From Candidatus Latescibacterota bacterium (lineage in GTDB: Bacteria > Latescibacterota > UBA2968): 64,000 nucleotides of DNA. The notes beneath the pieces are model-generated. The model saw only the letters and a list, made by a program, of their open reading frames with translations. It was not told where the DNA came from and ran no database searches. Of this stretch, positions 30,201 to 39,200 are shown piece by piece. The translations under genes and the position numbers were made by a program. How positions within the stretch are numbered: position 1 is the stretch's first letter; every line of letters begins with the position of its first letter. The stretch covers positions 4,384,001 to 4,448,000 of the forward strand of contig OZ242010.1 in assembly GCA_965204745.1 (NCBI GenBank), written 5' to 3'.

Positions 30201-33200
30201 ACGCCTTGGTCGTTGACCGCCCAATGGGACACGAGCACGATGCGATTAGGCTCGTCGTCTTGGGCGTTGTCCACCGCCGTGATGACCACCGTGTCCGACG
30301 CGTTCGTCGTGTCCCCGGCTACAATGACAATCGTCGAATCAGCCGCCACCGTGTAGGTGTTGCCCAAGAGGGGACGCACCGTGATCGTTGTCGCCGCGCT
30401 CGACGGACGCGACAGCGTCGCGCTCACCGTGCTCACGCCGCCGTTTTCCGAAATCGACGCGGGTGACAGCGACAGCCTCACGTCCGGCGCGGCGTCATCG
30501 TCTGTGATCGTCAGGGTCCTGGAAGCCAGCGATGCCACATCGTCGCCTGCCACCGTTCCAGACACGCCTAAGCGCTTGGCCGGTGCATCGGTCGTGTTGT
30601 TCACCGCCGTGATGACCACCGTGTCCGACGCGTTCGTCGTGTCCCCGGCCGCAATGGTGATCGTCGAATCCGACCCCACCGTGTAAGCACCGGTCACCGG
30701 GCGCACCGTGATTGTTGTCGCATCACTCGATGGATGCGACAGCGTCGCGCTCACCGTCGAAACACTACCAGCCTCAGAAATCGACATGGGCGACAGTGCC
30801 AATGTCACCGTCGGTTTATCCAGCGCGAGGCCATAGGGCGTAGTCAATCCTGTGGTGATGAGGTCTTCGACATTGGAGCCATTGAGGTCGGCACGCTGAA
30901 TCTTATCTGTGCCACTGTCCGTCCAGTACATCTTTCCGCCCCCCACATCCAGCGCGATGGCCTCTATCCCACTCAATCCTGTGGTGATGAGGTCTTCGAC
31001 ATTGGAGCCATCGAGGTCGGCACGCTGAATCTTAGCCGGGATCTGGTCCATCCAGTACATCTTTCCGCCCCCCACATCCAGCGCGAGGCCCCATGGCCTA
31101 TCCAATCCTGTGGTGATGAGGTCTTCGACATTGGAGCCATCGAGGTCGGCACGCTGAATCTTATTCGTGCCACTGTCCGTCCAGTACATCTTTCCGCCCC
31201 CCACATCCAGCGCGATGGCCCATGGCGTTCTCAATCCTGTGGTGATGAGGTTTTCGAAATTGGAGCCATTGAGGTCGGCACGCTGAATCCTACTCGTGCG
31301 ACTGTCCGTCCAGTACATCTTGCCGCCCCCCACATCCAGCGCGATGCCATATGGCCTACTCAATCCGCTGATGAGGTCTTCGACATTGGAGCCATCGAGG
31401 TCGGCACGCTGAATCTTATTCGTGCCATAGTCCGTCCAGTACATCTTGCCGCCCCCCACATCCAGCGCGATGCCAAATGGATTATTCAATCCTGTGGTGA
31501 TGAGGTCTTCGACATTGGAGCCATCAAGGTCGGCACGCTGAATCTTATTCGTGCCATAGTCCGCCCAGTACATCTTGGGCGCGTCATCGTCTTCCAGCGT
31601 CAAAGCCGCACCGATCACACTGCCCAGGCCATGGTCGTTGCGTGCCACACCGGACACGGTCACGGCGCGATTAACCTCGTATTGACCGTTGTCCACCGCC
31701 GTGATCGCTACCGTGTCCGACGCGTTCGTCGTGTCCCCGGCCGCGATGGTGATCGTCGAATCCTGTCCCACCGTGTAGGCATTGGCTAAGGGACGCACCG
31801 TGATCGTTGTCGCCGCGCTCGACGGATGCGACAGCTTCGCGCTCACCGTGCTCACGCCGCCGTTTTCCGAAATCGACGCGGGTGACAGCGACAGCGTCAC
31901 GACCAGCGTGGCGTCATCATTGGTGATCGTCCCGGTACCGGTCGCCGTGCTTATCGTCGCATTGACCGCATTGCTCAACTCAACGACCACGGTCTCATTT
32001 TGCTCGTTGGTATCGTCGCCGGTGACGGATACGGCAATGGTATCGCGCGTCACGCCAGCCGCTAAGGTCAGCGTGCCGGCAGCGATTGCGGTGTAGTCCG
32101 TGCCCGGCGTCGCTGTCCGACCCGAGGCGGTTTCCGCATAATCCACCGTCACCACCTTCCCACTCGCCGCGCTCAACGTCACGATGAACTCAAGCGACGG
32201 CGTGGTGCCAGTGGCGCCCTCGGCCACACTCGGAGAACTAATACTCAGCGACGGCTCGTCGTCATCATCGTTGATCGTTCCGGTGCCGGACGCCGTGCTT
32301 ATCGTCGCATTGGTCGGACTGCTCAACTCGACGACCACGGTCTCATTCTCCTCATCAAGGGCATCGCCGCGGACAGTCACCGCAATGGTATCGCGCGTCA
32401 CGCCAGCCGCTAAGGTCAACGTGCCGCCAGTGATTGCCGTGTAGTCCGTGCCCGGCGTCGCTGTCCGACCCGTAGCGGTTTCCGCATAGACCACCGTCAC
32501 TACCTTCCCACTCGCCGCGCTCAACGAGACGATGAACTCAAGCGACGCCGTGGCGCCAGTGGCGCCCTCGGCCACACTCGCATCAGCAATACTCAGCGTC
32601 GGCTCGTCGTCATCATCGTTGATCGTACCGGTGCCGGTCGCCGTGCTTATCATCGCATTGACCGCATTGCTCAACTCAACGACCACGGTCTCATTCGCCT
32701 CATCGAGGGCATCGGCGGTGACGGACACGGCAAGGGTATCGCGCGTCACACCAGCCGCAATCGTCAGCGTGCCAGACGCAAGGGCAGTGTAGTCCACCCC
32801 CGGCGTTGCGGTACGACCCGTAGCGGTTTCCGCATAGTCCACCGTGACTTGCTGACCACTCGCCGGGTTCAACGTCACGACGAACTCAAGGGATGAGGAA
32901 CCGCTCCCCTCGGCCACACTCGGAGAACTAATACTCAGACTCGGCACGCCGTCATCATTGGTGATCGTTCCGGTACCGGTGAGGGTCGCGCCATCGCCGC
33001 TGAGGGTCGCATTGCTCGGATTGCTCAGCCTCACGATCACGGTCTCATTTGGCTCGTTGGTGCCATCACCGGTGACGGACACGGCAAGGGTATCGCTCGT
33101 CACACCGGCCGCGAACGTCAGCGTGCCGGCAGCGATTGTTGTGTAGTCCGTGCCCGAAGTCGCGCTCCCGGTGCCCGCATCCGCATAATCCACCGTCACT

Positions 33201-36200
33201 TGCCGACCACTGACCGCGCTCAACGAGACGATGAACTCAAGCGATGGCGTGGTGCCAGTGGCGCCCTCGGCCACACTCGCATCAGCAATACTCACCACAG
33301 GCGGGTCGTCATCATCGGTGATCGTACCGGTGCCGGACGCCGTGCTTATCGTCGCATTGGTCGGACTGCTCAGCGTCACGACCACGGTCTCATTCTCCTC
33401 ATCGAGGGCATCGCCGGTGACAGTCACGGCAATGGTATCGCGCGTCACGCCAGCCGCTAAGGTCAGCGTGCCGCCAGTGATTGTTGTGTAGTCCGTGCCC
33501 GAAGTCGCGGTCCCGGTACCCGCATCTGTATAGCCCACCGTCACTACCTTCCCACTCGCCGCGCTCAACGTCACGATGAACTCAAGCGACGCCGTCTCCG
33601 TATCGTCGCTCTCGTCCACACTCGGAGAACCAATACTCAGCGTCGGCGGGTCGTCATCATCGGTGATCGTACCGGTGCCGGATGCCGTGCTGATCGTCGC
33701 ATTGCTCGCATTGCTCAGCGTCACGATCACGGTCTCATCATCCTCGTCAAGAGCATCGGCGAGGACAGGCACGGCAATGGTATCGCGCGTCACGCCAGCC
33801 GCTAAGGTCAGCGTGCCGTCAGTGATTGCCGTGTAGTCCGTGCCCGAAGTCGCGGTCCCGGTAGTCGCGTCCGCATAGTCCACCGTGACTTGTTGACTAC
33901 TTGCTATGCTCAACGTGACGATGAACTCAAGGGACGAGGAACCGCTCCCCTCGACCACACTCGGAGAACCAATACTCAACGCCGGCTCGTCATCATCGTT
34001 CACCGTCACCGACACGCTGGCGATAGACATACCAATCCTATAGGATCCCGAAGCGGTGGTAACGCGGTGAGTCACACTCGCGGTGTCGTTCAAGCCATCG
34101 GTATCAGGATTTGCGGTCACGGTCACCGTCTGTGGGCTGTCCCAATTCCCATTTGTGAAGGTCAGCGACGTAGAGGACAAGATGACATCGGTGTTGTTAC
34201 TACTGACGCCAATCACGACGTTGCTGGAGGGTTGGATATCCAGCACGACCGTATAGGTGCCTTGGTTGGCGTTGGAACCCCCGGGATCCTCATTTAACGT
34301 CAGACTGCTCTCGCTGATCGAGACCCCTGCCACCTTGATGGTGAACGACAGACTGGCGCGATCAGTAGGTGTCCTGTCGTCATCCGCATCCACCGCATAG
34401 ATGTTGACGGGGAAAGTACCCCCCGCAGTAGGCGTGCCGCAGATGCTACGCGCCAGCGAGCCGGTACAACTCCCACTACCATCGGCATCAAAGGTCAAAC
34501 CCGCAGGCAAACCGGACGCTTCATAAGTAAGAGCACCATCGCCGTCAGTCGCCGCAGGCACTCGAAACCCCGAAATGCCCTCGCCAGAGGTGAAGGTCAT
34601 GTCAGACACTGAACCAGCACCAAAGGACGGAACCGAGTTCCCACGCGACAAGGTCACAGTGTAGGCCGTGGATTGCGAGCTTTCAGTGACCGAGACCGAG
34701 ACGGTGTTGGCACCGCGATTCAGGGAACTGATGACATGTGTGTCACCGCTGTCGACCGTGTTCGCGGCCCCCCCATTGATGCTGACGCTGATAGTGGCCG
34801 TGCCCAAACTAGCCGTGGGCGTGATATGGAGGGAATCGGTGATGGAGGGGAGGTTCCCAGTGTAGTTGACTATGGACGAGGCGAAGGACGGCATCAGCGT
34901 GACCGACTCGGAAATGGGAATGGATATCCACGCTGTCATGACAGTGGCTGTACTCCCCTCATCATAAATGTGCCACATAACCCCGCCAGAGTCAACTTCG
35001 GCTTGGGTAAGCGTGATCGATGTGGGATGAGTAAGGATTGAGATTTGACGACATCCCGTCCTGCCAGTAGGGTCGCCCTGTCGCGTATCCCTATTCGCAC
35101 AAACATGGTGAAAATACTCATTGGTAGCATCAGAAGCGGGGCCAGTAATCGTTACCGGTTGTGCAGTCGTTTGCGGCAAGAGGGTGCTGAAGCCAATCGA
35201 GAAGGTGGCATAGACTGTAGCTGGATTTTTATACGAGGCGTTAGCCGGCGGATTTTTTGTCGTGGTCACAGCCAGTGCCAGGCCGGACAGCGTCGGTTTG
35301 GGCGTGCCAGTCGCCTCGCTGGAGGCTTCACTGTCGTCTGCATGCGTGCGCGTGGCAATCACCTGAACCGTGTAAGCCGTGCCGCCAGTCAGACCGGGAA
35401 TTTTATGACTCACGCCGGTCACACTGGTCTGACGGTCAGTCGTGTTGTATGCCTGACTCCCAGACTTCCATTGCACCTTGTAACCCGTCGCACCGGTCAC
35501 AGCGTCCCAACTCACCTCGAGGCTATCCACCAAAGCCGTCACCTGCACATTCGTCGGCGCGTCAGGCTGGGGGGCCTTGGGAACGCCGGTCGCACTGTCG
35601 GAGGCTTCACTGTCCTCGAAAGTCGCACGGGTGGCGATCACCCGAACCGTATAAGTCGTTCCAGCGGTCAGATCGGGAATCTTATGACTCACGCCGGTCA
35701 CACTGGCCTGACGATCAGTCGTGTTGTATACCTCGCTCCCAGACTTCCACTGCACCTTGTAACCCGTCGCACCGGTCACAGCGTCCCAACTCACCGATAG
35801 GGTATCCACCAAGGCCGTCACCTGCACATTCGTCGGCCTGACCAGCATGTCGTCATCGTTCACCGTTACCGTCACGCTGGCGATAGACAGACTAGTCGTA
35901 TAGTCTCCCGAAGCGGTGGTAACGCTGTGACTCACTGTCGCGGTGTCGTCCTGGTCATCGGTATCCTGCCCTGCGGTCACGGTCACCGTCTGTGCCGTGT
36001 TCCAATTCCCATTTGTGAAGGTCAGCGACGTAGAGGACAAGGTGACATCGCTGTTGTTACTACTGACGCCAATCACGACGTTGTTGGCGGGTTGGGCATC
36101 CAGCACGACCGTATAGGTGCCGCGGTTGGCGTTGGCCCCCCCGGGAGCCTCCTCTAACGTCAGACTGCTCCTGCTGACGGTCACACCCGCAGATGGCGAA

Positions 36201-39200
36201 ACCGTCACTGTGCTCGTGGTCAGAACACTATTCGCATTACTCCCCGCTGCCAACACCCTCACCGCCAAGGTCTGGGCAGTGGTAAAGTTGCCACTGAAGG
36301 ACAGCGTCAGAACCGCACTAGTCGTACCACCCGCACCTGCTCCCAACGAAGTGATGGACACACTCGGGATAGCCGTCACCAACTCGAAGTGAGAGGCACT
36401 TACACCACTGCTGAACAGGGCATGTTGCAACGTCAGCGTGACCGTCGCGCTGTTCAGATTGGACTCGGTCAACGAAGCGGGATTAGTCGAAGAGATCGAG
36501 ACCCCTCTCACATTGATGGTGAACGACAGACTGCCGCGATCAGCAGGGGTCCTGTCGTTATCCGCATCCACCGCATAGATGGTGACAGAGGAAGTACCCC
36601 CCGCAGTAGGCGTGCCGCAGATGGTACGCGCCCCCGTACAACTCCCACTGCCATCGGCATCAAAGGTCAAACCCGCAGGCAAGCCAGTCGCTTCATAAGT
36701 AAGGACACCATCGCCGCCAGTCGCCGCAGGCACTTGAAACTCCGAGCTCACGCCAGCGGTGAAGGTCTGTGTAGTCACTGGGGTATCAAAGGACGGAACC
36801 GAGTTCCCACGCGACAAGGTCACAGTGTAGGGCAGGGAGCCCGATCTTTCAGTGACCGTGACCGAGACGGTGTTGGCACCGCTACTCAGGGAACTGAGGG
36901 TGTGTGTGCTCGCGCTGGCGACCGTGGTCGCGGCCCCCGCATTGAGGCTGACGCTGATCGTGCTCGCGGCCGAACTGGCAGTAGGTGTAACCCGCAGACT
37001 GTTGCGATTCTGGGCAATCGCCCCTGTGTATGCGGTAGTCCCCGCGCTGAAGGTAGGCGTCAGCGTGACCGCCGCGTCGGAAACGGGAATGGGTATCCAC
37101 TCTCTTATGACAGTGACTTCACCCTCCCCCTCCCAAACGTGCCACATGACCCCGCCAAAGTCAACCTCGGCTCGGGTGAGCGTGATCGATGTGGGATGAT
37201 TAAGTCTTCCGATTTGACGACATCCCGTCCTGCCATCAGGGTTGACCTGTCGCGTATCCTTATCCGCACAAACATAGTGAAAATAAGAAGAATTCCCATC
37301 AGAAGGGGGGCCATTATTAATCGTTACCAATTGCGAAGTCGTTTGCGGCATGAGGGAGGTGAAGCCAAGCGAGAAGGATGTATAGGTTGTAGCTGGATTT
37401 TTATACGAGGCGTTAGCCGGCGGAGCGACTATCTTGGCCGCAACCAGTGTCAAGCCGGACAGCGTCGGCGAGGCGTCATTATCGTTGATCGTTCCGGTGC
37501 CGGTCGTCGTGCTTATCGTCGCATTGGTCGCATTTCTCAGCGTCACGATCACGGTCTCATTTGGCTCGTTGGCATCGTCACCGGTGACAGTCACGGCAAG
37601 GGTATCGCTCGTCACACCAGCCGCGAACGTCAGCGTGCCATCAGTGATTGCAGTGTAGTCCGTGCTCGAAGACGCGGTCCCGGTGCCCGCATCCGTATAG
37701 CCCACCGTCACTTGCCGACCACTGACCGCGCTCAACGTGACGATGAACTCAAGCGACGCCGTGTCCCCATCGTCGACCTCGGTCACACTCGCATCAGCAA
37801 TACTCAGCGACGGCTCTTCGTCATTATCTCTAATCGTCCCGGTGCCGGTGAGGGTTGAACGACCGCCGGCGAAGACCGCATTGATCGGACTTCTCAGCGT
37901 CATGATCACGGTCTCATCATCCTCATCGAGGGCATCGTTAGTGACGGACACGGTAATGGTACGGCTCGTCACACCTACCGCGAACGTCAACGTGCCATCA
38001 GTGATTGCGGTATAGTCCGTGCCCGAAGTCGCGGTCCCGGTAGTCGCGTCTGTATAGCCCACCGTGACTTGCTGACCACCGGCCGCACTCAACGAGACGA
38101 TGAACTCAAGGGATGAACCGCTCCCTTCAGCCACACTCGGAGAACTAATACTCACCATCGGAAGACTGACGCCAGCGTCCTGTAGCGTCAAAGAGGCCCC
38201 GGTCACACTGCCCGCGCCATGGTCGTTACTCGCCACACCGGTCACGGTCACGACGCGATTACTAGCATCAATTTGGCCGTTATTCACCGCCGTGATCACT
38301 ACCGTGTCCGACGCGTTCGTCGTGTTCCCGGCGGCAATGGCAATCGTCGCATCCGACCCCACCGTGTAACCACCAGTCACCGGGCTCACCGTGATAGTCG
38401 TCGCCTCACTCGATGGATGTGCCAGCGTCGCCGTCACCGTGCTCACGCCGCCATTTTCCGAGATTGACGAGGGCGACAGCGTCAGCTGCACGCTCGGCGC
38501 GTCATCATCGTCTGTGATAGTCAATGTCACGGCAGACGGGGCCAACGCCCCATTGCCACCCGCCACCGTTGCAGACACGGTCACGCGCTTGTCCGGTGCA
38601 TCGGTCGTGTTGTTCACCGCTGTGATCGTCACAGTGCCCGTGCTCGTCGTCGCATTCGCCGCGATAGTCAGCGTGGCCGTGCTCGATAGCGTGAAGTCGC
38701 CCGCAACCGCAGGCGACACAGCCTGTGCTGAGACCGTGATCGTCGTCGCCGCGTTCGACGGATGTGCCAGCGTCGCGCTCACCGTGCTCACACCGCCGTC
38801 TTCCGAAATCGACGCGGGCGTCAGTGCCAACGTCACACTCGCGGGTTGGAGCCGAAATTGCACGGTGGTGTCCAGGCCGGCATACTTCAACACGGGATAC
38901 TGATCCGTCGCGCCAAAGTACCACGGCTCGTCGTTGCCCGTTTGCCCGTCCAGATTCAGGTTCCAGTTGGTGGCATAGATGCCGGTATAGCCGGTGGGGC
39001 TTTGGAGTGCGCTGGTGGCCTGGGGGATACCTTTTCCGGTGTCGTTTTGTCCAGTGGTGGTACTATCGTAGTAGCTGTGGCTACTTGAGCTACCAAATGC
39101 TTGGGTACCAACCAGGCCACCAACCGATGACGGGGTAGCACCACTGACCGGGCCGATGGCATAGCTACCGGTTATCGTGCTCTGATCGAAGTTGGCACCG

